This document shows, piece after piece, positions 9,964-20,041 of a stretch of DNA of 64,000 bases (position 1 is the first letter of the stretch; each line of letters opens with the position of its first letter). The stretch comes from Candidatus Rokuibacteriota bacterium (GTDB taxonomy: Bacteria > Methylomirabilota > Methylomirabilia > Rokubacteriales > CSP1-6), in contig QHRW01000115.1 of NCBI GenBank assembly GCA_003220265.1, positions 83,395 to 147,394 on the forward strand. Reading direction: 5' to 3'. The notes below the pieces were generated by a model. It did no database searches. It was not told the origin of the DNA and was given only the letters and a program-made list of their open reading frames with translations. The position numbers and the translations under genes were made by a program.

Positions 9964-10527
9964 TTGGCGGCTTCACTCTTCATTCTCGGCGGCGCGCGCA
10001 GCGGCAAGAGCCGGTTCGCGGTCTCGGGCCTCGCGGCGCGCGCGCGCGTCACGTACATCGCCACCGCGCAGGCCGGCGACGCCGACATGGCCGCGCGCAT
10101 CGCGCGCCACCAGGCCGAGCGCTCGCCGCACTGGGGCACGGTGGAGGCGCCGTACGATCTCGTCCCGCAGCTCGGCCGCGCGCTGGCGACGGCCGACACG
10201 GTCGTCGTCGATTGCCTCACCGTGTGGGTCGCCAACCTGATGCTGCGCGGCGACGCCGACGAGACGATCCTGAAGGACGCCGACGCCGTGGCCGAGCTGG
10301 CGGCGGCGCCGCATGTCGAGCTGCGCCTCGTCTCGAACGAGGCCGGGCTCGGCGTGCATCCGCCCACCGCCGACGGCCTTCGCTTCCGCGACGTGCTCGG
10401 TCTCGTCAACCAGCGCGTGGCCGCGGCCTCGTCGCGCGTCGTGCTGATGGTGGCCGGCCTGCCGCACATGCTCAAGGACACGCCGCCCGGGAGCCCCTTC
10501 GATGCGCCCTCTCACGAAGCTCCTTGA
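9964..10527 (+). CDS. cobU: adenosylcobinamide kinase / adenosylcobinamide-phosphate guanylyltransferase
   Basis: P-loop ILGGARSGKS, 187 aa. TTG start after GGGAGGA. First gene after the riboswitch. Confidence 0.85.
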   Translation: MAASLFILGGARSGKSRFAVSGLAARARVTYIATAQAGDADMAARIARHQAERSPHWGTVEAPYDLVPQLGRALATADTVVVDCLTVWVANLMLRGDADETILKDADAVAELAAAPHVELRLVSNEAGLGVHPPTADGLRFRDVLGLVNQRVAAASSRVVLMVAGLPHMLKDTPPGSPFDAPSHEAP

Positions 10528-11557
10528 CGCGATCGGCGGCCCGAACACGGCCGCCGCGGCGGAGGCGCAGCGCCATCTCGACACGCTGACGAAGCCGCCG
10601 CGCAGCCTCGGCCGGCTCGAGGAGCTGGCCGTGCGGCTGGCCGCGGTGAGCGGCCGCCCGCCGCGCGTGAGCGCGCCGGTGATCTTCACGTTCGCCGCCG
10701 ATCACGGCGTGGTGGCCGAGGGCGTGAGCGCCTACCCGCAGTCGGTCACGGCGCAGATGGTGGAGAACTTCCTGCGCGGCGGCGCGGCCGTCAACGTGCT
10801 GGCGCGCCAGGCCGGCGCCCGCGTGATCGTCGCCGACTTCGGCGTGGCCACGCTGCTCGGCGCGCCGGCCGGTCTCGTCTCGTGTCGCTTCGGCCCCGGC
10901 ACGCGCAACATGGCGCAGGGCTCCGCCATGACGCGTGAGCAGGCGACGGCGGCGATCGAGGCGGGCGCCGCGCTGGCCGACGGCGTCATCGCAACCGGCG
11001 CCGATCTGCTCGGCACCGGCGAGATGGGCATCGGCAACACGACCGCCGCCAGCGCGATCACGGCCGCCGTCACCGGCGCCGATCCCGACGCGGTGACGGG
11101 CTACGGCACCGGCGTGGGCGACGAGGGCCGCCGCCGCAAGGTGGCCGTCGTGCGCCGCGCGCTCGACGTGAACCGTCCCGATGGCGCCGACGGTCTCGAC
11201 GTGCTGGCGAAGGTGGGCGGCTTCGAGATCGCCGGCCTCACGGGCGTGATGCTGGCGGGCGCCGCGCGCCGGGTGCCGGTGGCCGTCGACGGCTTCATCG
11301 CGGGCGCCGCCGCGCTGATCGCGGCGACGCTGGCGCCGGCGGCGCGCCACGCGCTCTTCGCCGCGCATCGCTCCGCCGAGCCCGGCCACGCCGTCGCGCT
11401 CGCGCACCTCGGCCTCGCGCCGTACCTCGACCTCGACATGCGGCTGGGCGAGGGGACCGGCGCGGCGCTCTTCGTGCACCTCGCGCGCGCGGCGGCGGCG
11501 ATCCACGGCGAGATGGCCACGTTCAAGTCGGCCGGCGTCGACGGGCCCGTCCCGTGA
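10502..11557 (+). CDS. cobT: nicotinate-nucleotide--dimethylbenzimidazole phosphoribosyltransferase
   Basis: KPPRSLGRLEEL, GEMGIGNTT and MRLGEGTGA motifs. Confidence 0.9.
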   Translation: MRPLTKLLDAIGGPNTAAAAEAQRHLDTLTKPPRSLGRLEELAVRLAAVSGRPPRVSAPVIFTFAADHGVVAEGVSAYPQSVTAQMVENFLRGGAAVNVLARQAGARVIVADFGVATLLGAPAGLVSCRFGPGTRNMAQGSAMTREQATAAIEAGAALADGVIATGADLLGTGEMGIGNTTAASAITAAVTGADPDAVTGYGTGVGDEGRRRKVAVVRRALDVNRPDGADGLDVLAKVGGFEIAGLTGVMLAGAARRVPVAVDGFIAGAAALIAATLAPAARHALFAAHRSAEPGHAVALAHLGLAPYLDLDMRLGEGTGAALFVHLARAAAAIHGEMATFKSAGVDGPVP

Positions 11558-12933
11558 GCGCCCGCGCGATCGTCCTGGCCGGTGTCGCGAGCGGCGTGGG
11601 CAAGACGTCGATCACGCTGGGGCTGCTCGAAGCGCTGCGGCGTCGCGGGCTCGCCGTGCAGGCCTTCAAGGTCGGCCCCGACTTCATCGATCCCGGCCTG
11701 CACGCGGTCGTCACCGGCCGCCCCTCGTACAACCTGGACGGCTGGATGTGCGGGCGCGAGCGCGTGCTGGACGTGGTGGCGCGCGTGGCGGCCGGCGCCG
11801 ACGTGGCCGTCGTCGAAGGCGTCATGGGCTGCTTCGACGGCGTGGACGGCGCCACCGAGGAGGGCTCGACGGCACAGGTCGCCAAGTGGCTCGGCGCGCC
11901 CGTCGTGCTCGTGCTGGACGCCGGCGCGCTGGCGCGCAGCGCGGGCGCTGTCGCGCTCGGCTTCGAGCGCTTCGATCCGGCGCTGCGCGTGGCCGGCGTC
12001 ATCGCCAACCGCGTGGGCGGCCCGACGCACGCGCGCTGGATCTTCGACGCCATTCGCGGAGCCTGCCGCGCCGAGCCGCTCGGCGCGCTCGCGCATGCGG
12101 CCGAGCTCGCGATGCCGGAGCGGCACCTCGGCCTGCTCACGGCCGCGGACGGCGCGCTCAGCGCCGAGCTGATCGGCCGTCTGGGCGACGCGGTCGAGCA
12201 GGGCGTGGACCTCGATCGTCTGCTCGCGCTCGCGACGCCGCTCGCGGCTGCCGTCCAGCCGCGCCAGGCCGTGCGGCCGATGCGCGCGCGGATCGGCGTC
12301 GCGCGCGATGCCGCGTTCCAGTTCTACTACGAGGAGAATCTCGATCTCCTGCGCGCCGCGGGCGCCGAGCTCGTCGCGTGGAGCCCGGTGGCCGATCCGG
12401 ACGTGCCGGACGTCGAGGGCCTGTATCTCGGCGGCGGCTATCCGGAGCTCCACGGCGCCGCCCTCGGCGACAACGCCTCGCTCAAGAAGTCCGTGCGCCG
12501 ATTCGCCGAGGCCGGCCGTCCGATCTATGCCGAGTGCGGCGGCCTCATGTTCCTGGCCGAGTCGCTCGAGGATCTCGACGGCCGCGTGCATCCGATGGTC
12601 GGCCTGCTGCCGGCGGCCGTGCGCCTGCGCGAGCATGGGCTGACGCTGGGCTATGCCGAGGTCACGCTGGCGACGGCCGCGCCGCTGGGCCCCGCCGGCG
12701 TGCGGGCGCGCGGCCAGGAGTTCCACAAGTCCACGCTGGGTCCGGTGCCGCCGGCGATCACGCGCGCCTATCGCGTGCGCGCGCCGGCCATCGGCGTAAG
12801 CCGCTCGGACGGATGCGAGCGGCCGGAGGGCTACCTCGTCGGCGCCACCCTGATGAGCTACGTCCACCTGCACTTCGCCTCGAATCCCGGCCTGGCCGAC
12901 GCCTTCGTCGGTGCCTGCGCGGCGGCCCGATGA
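11554..12933 (+). CDS. cbiA: cobyrinate a,c-diamide synthase
   Basis: GVASGVGKTSITLGL and FKVGPDFIDP, with a C-terminal amidotransferase domain (YAECGGLMFL). GTGA overlap with cobT. Confidence 0.9.
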   Translation: MSARAIVLAGVASGVGKTSITLGLLEALRRRGLAVQAFKVGPDFIDPGLHAVVTGRPSYNLDGWMCGRERVLDVVARVAAGADVAVVEGVMGCFDGVDGATEEGSTAQVAKWLGAPVVLVLDAGALARSAGAVALGFERFDPALRVAGVIANRVGGPTHARWIFDAIRGACRAEPLGALAHAAELAMPERHLGLLTAADGALSAELIGRLGDAVEQGVDLDRLLALATPLAAAVQPRQAVRPMRARIGVARDAAFQFYYEENLDLLRAAGAELVAWSPVADPDVPDVEGLYLGGGYPELHGAALGDNASLKKSVRRFAEAGRPIYAECGGLMFLAESLEDLDGRVHPMVGLLPAAVRLREHGLTLGYAEVTLATAAPLGPAGVRARGQEFHKSTLGPVPPAITRAYRVRAPAIGVSRSDGCERPEGYLVGATLMSYVHLHFASNPGLADAFVGACAAAR

Positions 12934-13829
12934 GGCGCGCGCTCGGCGCCCTCCTCGTCCTGGTCGCCGCGCTCGCCGCCGCGCCGGCCGCCGCGCTGAC
13001 GGTGCGCGACATGATGGGGCGCGAGGTCACGCTGCCGGCGCCCCCGCGGCGGATCGTCTCGCTGGTGCCCAGCGTGACGGAGATCGTTTTCGCGCTCGGC
13101 GCCGAGGACCGCCTGGTCGGCCGCACGGACTTCTGCGAGTATCCGCCGGCGGCGCGAGGCAAGCCGAGTGTTGGGGGCATGGTGAACCCGAGCCTCGAGA
13201 CGCTCGTGGCGCTCAAGCCCGATCTCGTCATCGCCACCGACGAGGGCAACCGCGAGGAGACGTTCCAGCAGCTCGCGCGGCTGCGCATCCCGACGTACCT
13301 CGTCCACGCCACGCGCCTGAGCGCGCTGCTCGACCTGATCGAGCGCGTCGGCGAGCTGACCGGGCACGCGGCCGCCGTGGCGCCGCTGGCGGACGGGCTC
13401 ACGCGGCGGGTGGATGCCGTGCGCCGCGCGGTAGCACCGTTCCCGCGCCCGCGCGTGCTCTACGTGATCTGGCCGGAGCCGCTCATCGTGCCCGGACGCG
13501 CGTCGCTGCTGACCGAGCTGATCGACGTGGCCGGTGGCGAGTCGGTCACCGGGCAGGAGCGCCAGGCCTACGTGCGCTTCAGCGTGGAAGCGGCCGTCGC
13601 CCTGGCGCCGCAGGTCATCGTGCTCGCCGATCACGCCTCGGCCAACGGCGGCGGCTCGAGCGCCGGGCGGCCGGAGCCCGAGAAGTGGCGGCGCTTCACG
13701 AGCGTGCCGGCGATCCGCGCCGGACGGCTGCACTCCGTGGATCTCAGCATCCTGCATCGGTACGGGCCGACGGTGGTGGACGGCCTCGAGTCGCTGGCGC
13801 GCTTGATTCATCCCGAGGCGTTCCGATGA
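12930..13829 (+). CDS. periplasmic cobalamin/siderophore-type ABC substrate-binding protein (BtuF-like)
   Basis: Signal peptide followed by RIVSLVPSVTEIVFALGAEDRLVGRTDFCEYP. ATGA-coupled on both sides. Confidence 0.8.
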   Translation: MRRALGALLVLVAALAAAPAAALTVRDMMGREVTLPAPPRRIVSLVPSVTEIVFALGAEDRLVGRTDFCEYPPAARGKPSVGGMVNPSLETLVALKPDLVIATDEGNREETFQQLARLRIPTYLVHATRLSALLDLIERVGELTGHAAAVAPLADGLTRRVDAVRRAVAPFPRPRVLYVIWPEPLIVPGRASLLTELIDVAGGESVTGQERQAYVRFSVEAAVALAPQVIVLADHASANGGGSSAGRPEPEKWRRFTSVPAIRAGRLHSVDLSILHRYGPTVVDGLESLARLIHPEAFR

Positions 13830-14842
13830 GCGCCGGGCGGAGGCTGGCGCTGGCGCTGGCGCTCCTGGGCGGGGCGCTGGCGCTCGTGGCCGCGATCTCG
13901 CTGTTCGTCGGCAGCGCGGCGCTGTCTCCAGGCGCGGTCGTGCGCGCGCTGGCCGGGCGCGCCGGGGCCGAGTCCGTCGAGTCGATCGTGACGCTGCAGA
14001 TACGCCTGCCGCGCGTGGCGGCGGCGGCGCTGGCCGGCGGCGCGCTGGCGGTGGCGGGCGTGGCCTTTCAGGGGCTGACGCGCAACCCGCTGGCCGAGCC
14101 CGCCGTGCTCGGCGTGTCGAGCGGCGCCGCGTTCGGCGTCGTGGTCGCCCAGATCTTCGGTTTCGGGCTGTCGGTGCTGGAGGCGCTCGGCGTGGCCACG
14201 TTCGCGTTCGCCGGCGCGCTGCTGGCCGCGGCGGCCGTGTACCTCGTGGCCGTCGTGCCGGGCGGGCTCTCGATCCAGACGCTGCTGCTGGCCGGCGTCA
14301 TCGTCGGCATCTTCTTCACCTCGGCGATCACCGTGCTCATCTCGATCGTGGACTTCAACCGGCTGGGCGGCGTCGTGCACTGGCTGCTCGGGAACCTCGC
14401 GCCGATTCCCGCCGCCTCGCTGGCGCTCTTCGCGGCGCTCTCGCTGCTGGGCTTCTGGCTCGTGCTGCGCCACGCGCGCGAGCTCAACCTGCTGGCGCTC
14501 GGCGAGGAAGCCGCCGTGCAGCTCGGCGTGGACGCCGAGCGGCTCAAGCGCCGCATCTTCGTCGCGGCCGCGCTGCTGACGGGCACCGTCGTCGCGTTCA
14601 CGGGGCCGATCGGCTTCGTGGGTCTCGTCGTGCCGCACCTGCTGCGCGGCGTGCTGGGCCAGGACAACCGGTTGCTGGTGCCGACGGCGCTGCTGGGCGG
14701 GGGCATCTTCCTGCTCGCCGCCGACACGCTCGCGCGCAACCTGGTCTCGCCGGCCGAGCTCTCGGTGGGCGTCATCACGTCGTTCTGCGGCGCGCCGGTC
14801 TTCGTCTACCTGCTGCGCACGCGCTACCGGGTCAGCCTGTGA
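13826..14842 (+). CDS. FecCD/BtuC-family ABC permease
   Basis: Polytopic membrane protein with IRLPRV and GPIGFVGLVVPH. Confidence 0.85.
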   Translation: MSAGRRLALALALLGGALALVAAISLFVGSAALSPGAVVRALAGRAGAESVESIVTLQIRLPRVAAAALAGGALAVAGVAFQGLTRNPLAEPAVLGVSSGAAFGVVVAQIFGFGLSVLEALGVATFAFAGALLAAAAVYLVAVVPGGLSIQTLLLAGVIVGIFFTSAITVLISIVDFNRLGGVVHWLLGNLAPIPAASLALFAALSLLGFWLVLRHARELNLLALGEEAAVQLGVDAERLKRRIFVAAALLTGTVVAFTGPIGFVGLVVPHLLRGVLGQDNRLLVPTALLGGGIFLLAADTLARNLVSPAELSVGVITSFCGAPVFVYLLRTRYRVSL

Positions 14843-15672
14843 ACGCGCTCGTCGAGTTCGCGTCCGTGGGCTTCACGTATCCGCAGCCCGAGCGCACGCG
14901 CGAGGGCGGCTTCACGCTGACGGACGTGTCGTTCGGCATCGCCGACGGCGAGGTGTTCGGCGTGATCGGGCCCAACAGCGCCGGCAAGACGACGCTGCTG
15001 CGGCTGCTGACGCGCGTCGTCCCCGCCGAGCGCGGCGAGATCCGGCTGGAAGGCCGGCCCATCGCGCGGCTGGCGCACGCCGAGCTGGCGCGCCGGGTGG
15101 CGGTGGTGCCGCAGGACGCGCCGCGGCCGTTTCCGTTCAGCGTCGAGCAGCTCGTGCTGATGGGACGCTACCCGCACGGCCCCGGCCGCTTCTTCGAGAG
15201 CGACGACGACCGCGCCCTGGCTCGTGCCGCGATGGCGGCCACCGGCGTGCTCGAGCTGGCCGCGCTGCCGCTCGAGCAGCTCTCCGGCGGCGAGCGCCAG
15301 CGCGCGATGCTGGCCCGCGCGCTCGCCCAAGAGCCGAAGCTCCTCGTGCTCGACGAGCCGACCTCGCACCTGGACCTCCGCTACCAGGCGGAGACGGCGG
15401 CGCTCATCCGGCGCGTCAACGCCGAGCGCGGCATGACGGTGCTGCTCGTCTCGCACGATCTGAACCTGGCCGCCGAGGTGTGCGACCGGCTGCTGCTGCT
15501 CTCGCGCGGCCGCGTGGCGCGCGTGGGCCCGCCGGCGGCGGTGCTGGAGCGCGACACGCTCGAAGCGGTGTTCGGCTGTGCCGTGTCCGTGGAGGTCAAT
15601 CCGGTGAGCGGCCGCCCCGTCGTGCAGGTCGCCTGGCCGCAGGAGGTGAAGCGCAGCAGTCTCGCTCGTTGA
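14839..15672 (+). CDS. ABC transporter ATP-binding protein (BtuD/FecE-like)
   Basis: Walker A GPNSAGKTT, signature LSGGERQR, Walker B LLVLDEPTSHLD. GTGA overlap with the permease. Confidence 0.85.
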   Translation: MNALVEFASVGFTYPQPERTREGGFTLTDVSFGIADGEVFGVIGPNSAGKTTLLRLLTRVVPAERGEIRLEGRPIARLAHAELARRVAVVPQDAPRPFPFSVEQLVLMGRYPHGPGRFFESDDDRALARAAMAATGVLELAALPLEQLSGGERQRAMLARALAQEPKLLVLDEPTSHLDLRYQAETAALIRRVNAERGMTVLLVSHDLNLAAEVCDRLLLLSRGRVARVGPPAAVLERDTLEAVFGCAVSVEVNPVSGRPVVQVAWPQEVKRSSLAR

Positions 15673-15674
15673 CA

Positions 15675-15845
15675 GCTCCGGGTGCGAGGGAAGCCGGTCG
15701 AAGCCGGCACGGTCGCGCCACTGTAAGTGGGGAGCGCCGTCCAGGTCCCGCGCGTGCGCGGGAGCCACTGTTTTCCGCAGGGGAACGGGAAGGCATGGAC
15801 GGGTCGCGTCGATCCACGAGTCAGGAAACCTGCCCGGAGCCCGAG
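15675..15845 (+). promoter_or_regulatory. cobalamin riboswitch (second copy)
   Basis: GAGGGAAGCCGGTCGAAGCCGGCACGGTCGCGCCACTGTAAG, GGAGCCACTG (15771-15780) and AGTCAGGAAACCTGCC. Sits directly upstream of the TonB-dependent receptor. Confidence 0.85.
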
Positions 15846-15880
15846 GTTCCAACCCTTTCGCGAGAGAAGGAGTGGAGCAG

Positions 15881-17791
15881 ATGGGCCGTCGAATCGTCAT
15901 CGCCGTGTCGTTGTCGTGGGTGCTGGCCGCCTGGCCGGCGTGGGCGCAGGACACGAAGCCGGAAACAAAAATCGTGGATCCCGTCGTGGTCACCGCCACC
16001 AAGATCGAGACGCCGGCCGGTCAGCTCGGAGCCGCCGTCACCGTCATCGACGGCGAGGACTTCCAGACGTATCACTACCCGACGGTGGACGAGGCGCTGC
16101 GCCAGGTGCCCGGCGTGGAGATCCGGCGCTCGGGCAGCTTCGGCAAGACCACCAGCATCTCGATCCGCGGCGCCAATCCCAGCCAGGTCCAGGTGCTGGT
16201 GGACGGCATCCGCGTGAAGAGCCCCACGCTGGGCCAGGCCGAGCTGAGCGACATCTCGCCCGAGCTGATCGAGCGCGTGGAGATCATCCGGGGGCCCCAG
16301 TCCACGCTCTACGGCGCCGACGCCATCGGCGGCGTCGTCAACATCATCACCAAGAAGGGCAAGGGGCCGTTCTCCGCGCGGGTCGAGCAGGAGGTCGGCA
16401 ACTACAACACCTACGTGAGCCGGGCCAGCGTGAGCGGCGCCACCGGACCCTTCGACTACGCGCTGGGCGTCTTCCATCTCGAATCGGGCGGCCAGTTCGA
16501 GAACGACGACAGCCGCCAGACGGCCGTCAACCTGCGCCTGGGCCTCACGCTGCCGTACGACAGCGGCGTGACCTTCACGCTCCGCTGGAACGAGACCAAC
16601 ACCGGGCTGCCCGTGAAGTTCGTGACGGTGCCGCTGCCCATCCAGCCGATCATCGACAAGAACAACGAGAACCTCAGCGACACCCTGGTGACGGGCCTCG
16701 AGCTCCGGACCCATCCGGTCTCGTGGTGGGAGAGCGTCCTGCGCGGCGGGCGCTATTTCAACATCAACAAGTTCGTGGACCTGCCCGATCCCGGCTTCCC
16801 CTGCGCGTTCGCCGTCTGCGAGTTCCCCCAGCGCCTGGCCGTCGAGCGGTACGAGCTCGAGTGGCTCAATCACTTCCACGTCCAGAAGTGGTCCACGAGC
16901 ACGTTCGGGCTCGAGTACCGGCGCGAGACGGCGCGGAGCGAGAAGGCGACGATCTTCACGGCGGCGAGCGACACGTACTCCGGCTTCTTCCAGCAGACGT
17001 TCCGGTTCTTCGACCGGCTGTACATGACCGGCGGCGTGCGCGTGGAGGAGAACAGCGTGTTCGGCCGCAACACGACAGAGCGCGGCTCGCTCTCCTACCT
17101 GATCAAGGAGTGGGGCACGCGCATCCGTGGCGGCGCCGGCTCGGGCTTCCGCGCGCCGACCTTCAACGACCTCTTCTTCCCGGGGTTCTCGGACCTCACG
17201 CTCAAGCCGGAGACGAGCTTCTCGTACGACTTCGGCGTGGACCAGTCGCTCTGGCGCAACCGCATCCGGCTGGGGCTCACGTACTTCCAGAACGACGTAC
17301 GGAACCTGATCACGTTCGTCTTCATCAACACGCCGCCCTTCGTGAAGGGCGCCAACGTCGGCCACGCCCGCAGCGCCGGCATCGAGTTCACGTCGGACGT
17401 CGACCTGACAGACACGCTGACGCTGTCGGTGAATTACACGTACACCGACTCCGAGAACCTGGCGACCAACCAGCTGCTGGCGCGGGAGCCCCGCCATCGC
17501 TGGAACGGCACGCTGAGCTGGCAGGCGCTGCCGCGGCTGACGCTGTTCACCCAGGTCCACGCGGTCACCGAGCAGTTCGAGCCGACCGGCGGTGGCAGCG
17601 GGCTCTACAACAGCGGCCACACGCGGATCGACGTCGGCGGGACCTATCGCCTCCTCAACCGCTATGCGTTCCTGCAGGCGCTCGACCTCACGGCGCGCGT
17701 GCAGAACCTCCTCAACGAGGGCTACGCGGAGGTGCGCGGCTTTCCGGCGCTCGGCATCCAGGGGCTCGTCGGCTTGCGGGCCTCGTTCTAA
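15881..17791 (+). CDS. TonB-dependent outer-membrane receptor (BtuB-like)
   Basis: RBS GAAGGAG 9 nt before ATG 15881. Signal peptide, TonB-box-like DPVVVTATK, plug motif IEIIRGPQSTLYG, and C-terminal ...LRASF. Confidence 0.85.
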   Translation: MGRRIVIAVSLSWVLAAWPAWAQDTKPETKIVDPVVVTATKIETPAGQLGAAVTVIDGEDFQTYHYPTVDEALRQVPGVEIRRSGSFGKTTSISIRGANPSQVQVLVDGIRVKSPTLGQAELSDISPELIERVEIIRGPQSTLYGADAIGGVVNIITKKGKGPFSARVEQEVGNYNTYVSRASVSGATGPFDYALGVFHLESGGQFENDDSRQTAVNLRLGLTLPYDSGVTFTLRWNETNTGLPVKFVTVPLPIQPIIDKNNENLSDTLVTGLELRTHPVSWWESVLRGGRYFNINKFVDLPDPGFPCAFAVCEFPQRLAVERYELEWLNHFHVQKWSTSTFGLEYRRETARSEKATIFTAASDTYSGFFQQTFRFFDRLYMTGGVRVEENSVFGRNTTERGSLSYLIKEWGTRIRGGAGSGFRAPTFNDLFFPGFSDLTLKPETSFSYDFGVDQSLWRNRIRLGLTYFQNDVRNLITFVFINTPPFVKGANVGHARSAGIEFTSDVDLTDTLTLSVNYTYTDSENLATNQLLAREPRHRWNGTLSWQALPRLTLFTQVHAVTEQFEPTGGGSGLYNSGHTRIDVGGTYRLLNRYAFLQALDLTARVQNLLNEGYAEVRGFPALGIQGLVGLRASF

Positions 17792-17797
17792 CGCACG

Positions 17798-18454
17798 ATG
17801 GCGACGCTCGAGGGGGTCGAGGTGGAGATCTCCGCGGACGCGGTCGTGGTCTCGGCCGCGACGCCGCTGACGGTGCTGTCCTCGGCCGTCGCCGGCGGCG
17901 GCCTCGGCCGCGCGCGGACGCTGGTCAATCTCCACGTCGACAAGGACTGCCCGTGGCAGGACGCCGAGGTCCGCCTCGACGCCTTCGCCGGACAGCGGCG
18001 CCTGGCCGCGCCGTGGGTCGGCCTCTTGACGGCGGCGTGGACCGAGCGCGCGCGCGTCGCCGTCGAGAGCACCCACGGCCTCGCCGCCCTCGTCGCCGTC
18101 ACCGTCGGGCTCAGCAATCCCGTGGCGGCCGGCTGGAGCGCGGCGGCCGGCGTGGAGCCGGGGACGATCAACACGATCGCCGTGGTCGACGCCCACCTGG
18201 CGCCGGCCGCGCTCGTCAACCTGGTCGTCACGCTTACCGAGGTGAAGGCGCTTGTCCTCGCGGAGGCCGGCGTGGCGTGCGACGGCCACGCCGCCAGCGG
18301 CACCTCCACCGACGCCGTCGTGGTGGCGGCCACGGGGCGCGGCCGCACGCTGCGGTTCGGTGGGCCGATCAGCGATGCCGGCTGGGTCGTCGCGTGCGCG
18401 ACGCGCACGGCGCTGACCGCGGGCGTGCGTGACTGGCTGGAGGCGCGCGCGTGA
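17798..18454 (+). CDS. cbiZ: adenosylcobinamide amidohydrolase (CbiZ-like)
   Basis: 217-aa ORF. Called from overall resemblance to the CbiZ family and the B12 context. No catalytic motif verified. Confidence 0.7.
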   Translation: MATLEGVEVEISADAVVVSAATPLTVLSSAVAGGGLGRARTLVNLHVDKDCPWQDAEVRLDAFAGQRRLAAPWVGLLTAAWTERARVAVESTHGLAALVAVTVGLSNPVAAGWSAAAGVEPGTINTIAVVDAHLAPAALVNLVVTLTEVKALVLAEAGVACDGHAASGTSTDAVVVAATGRGRTLRFGGPISDAGWVVACATRTALTAGVRDWLEARA

Positions 18455-19491
18455 GACGGCTACCCGCCGGCCTCGTGCTCTCGACGGCGGTGCACGCGGC
18501 GCTGGTGCTGGGCGTGCTGGCCGCGTTCGGTGGCACGACGCCGCGCATGCTGTTCGTCGATCTCGTGGAGGGTATCGGCCTCGGCGGGGAGGGCTCGGGC
18601 GGAGGCGGCTCGTCCGGCGAGCCTGCGCCGGCAGACGCAAATCAGGTGGCGCGTCCGGCAGGCGAGCCGCGTCGATCGCCGCCTGCACGCAGGAGCTCGC
18701 CCGCGCCACGGCCGGCCCAGCCGAGCGCGGCGGCGTCGCAGCTGTCGAAAGAGCCGGCAGCTCCGCCGGCTGACGCCGTCGTGTCAGTGCCGCCGGCGTC
18801 GCCGGCGCCCGAGCGTGTCCCCACGCCTCCGCCCGCACCTGCCATGCCCGTGCCGGATGCGGTCGTGGCGGCGCCGCCCGCGCCGACGGTCACGCGTGAC
18901 TCCGTCGTGGCGGCGCCGCCAGCGCCGCGGACGTCCGCCGCGCAAGCGCCGTCGGTCGCGGTTGCTCCGTCACCGGAGCGCACGGCCGTCACGGGCCCGG
19001 CATCGGGCGACGGGGCCGGAGCAGAGTCATCGGCGCCGCGGAGTAGTGGTGCAGTCGGTATGGGCGGCGCGGGCGAAGCGGAGCCCGGGGCGCGTGCCGG
19101 GCAGGGCGGGAGCGGCAGCGGCGGCGGCCTCGGCTCCGGGGTCGGCGCGCGGCAGGGCAGCGCGGTGGCGCTCGCGGTGCCCGGCGACGGTGGAGGCGGC
19201 GCCGCCGAGTACGCCGGCTACTTCGAGCTGCTGCGAAGCCGCCTGCACGCGGCGCTGCGCTATCCCACCGCCGCGCGCCGCCGAGGGCTGACGGGCACCG
19301 TGCACGTGGACCTCGAGATTGCGCCCACCGGCGCGATCGGCAACGTCGTCCTCGCGAGGTCGTCGTCTCATCGCCTGCTCGACGAGGCGGCGCTGGAGGC
19401 GGTGCGCGCGCTCGATCGCGTGCCGTTTCCCGCCGGCGTCCGACCGCGGCACCTGCGCGTGCGGCTGCCCGTCGTCTTCGACCTGCGCTGA
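18451..19491 (+). CDS. TonB-family energy transducer
   Basis: N-terminal TM anchor, a ~200-aa Pro/Ala-rich linker, and a C-terminal TonB_C domain (YPTAARRRGLTGTVHVDLEI). Confidence 0.75.
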   Translation: MRRLPAGLVLSTAVHAALVLGVLAAFGGTTPRMLFVDLVEGIGLGGEGSGGGGSSGEPAPADANQVARPAGEPRRSPPARRSSPAPRPAQPSAAASQLSKEPAAPPADAVVSVPPASPAPERVPTPPPAPAMPVPDAVVAAPPAPTVTRDSVVAAPPAPRTSAAQAPSVAVAPSPERTAVTGPASGDGAGAESSAPRSSGAVGMGGAGEAEPGARAGQGGSGSGGGLGSGVGARQGSAVALAVPGDGGGGAAEYAGYFELLRSRLHAALRYPTAARRRGLTGTVHVDLEIAPTGAIGNVVLARSSSHRLLDEAALEAVRALDRVPFPAGVRPRHLRVRLPVVFDLR

Positions 19492-19516
19492 CTGTCGCGA
19501 GGTGTTTCGCGGTACG

Positions 19517-20041
19517 ATGCGCGCCATGGCCGAGGCCACCCGCGACGTCGTGCGCGAGCCCGACGGCAGCCTCACCGAGTACAGCGACGTCTCCGTGGCC
19601 GGCGACACCGTCGAGCGCCTCCTGATCGAGGTCTTCGGCGAGCACTGGGCGGCGATCTCCGCCGGGCCGATCATCGACGGCGCCGCCTACGAGATCCGTT
19701 TCACTGCACCGCCGAAGCTCTCCATGCTCGACGGCTACCTGACCGTCGATCCCGGCCCCTGGCACTTCCACCTGTGCGTCAACGACCACCGGGGCGCCGC
19801 CACGCCGGAGCTCGCGCGCGTGCGCCGCGTGGCGCGGGCCGCCTTCTTTCGCACGGACGGCGGCTCGTGCGTGCCCGGCGCGTGGGGGCTGCGGCTCTGG
19901 AACGGGCGCGGCGAGCAGATGATCACCGTGTACTTCCCCAATCCGTGGCTCGACGACGACCTCGAGCGCGTGCGCGAGCCGCGCTGGGAGCGGACGGCAT
20001 TGTGGGAGGATCTGCGCGCGCGCTACGCCGGCCGCGCATGA
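19517..20041 (+). CDS. hypothetical protein embedded in the B12 locus
   Basis: Coding-like composition and ATGA coupling to the next gene. No recognisable motif. Confidence 0.55.
   Translation: MRAMAEATRDVVREPDGSLTEYSDVSVAGDTVERLLIEVFGEHWAAISAGPIIDGAAYEIRFTAPPKLSMLDGYLTVDPGPWHFHLCVNDHRGAATPELARVRRVARAAFFRTDGGSCVPGAWGLRLWNGRGEQMITVYFPNPWLDDDLERVREPRWERTALWEDLRARYAGRA

Noticed and set aside
15821-18838. Very long antisense ORFs: 1005 aa at 15821..18838(-), 1153 aa at 40057..43518(-), 718 aa at 43511..45667(-) and 766 aa at 23487..25787(-).
   Set aside because: They lie opposite genes with clear catalytic motifs (btuB/cbiZ, KS/ACP, argS). They are Arg/Ala/Gly/Pro-rich with no recognisable motifs. 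They are the expected stop-codon-poor artefacts of a very GC-rich sequence.
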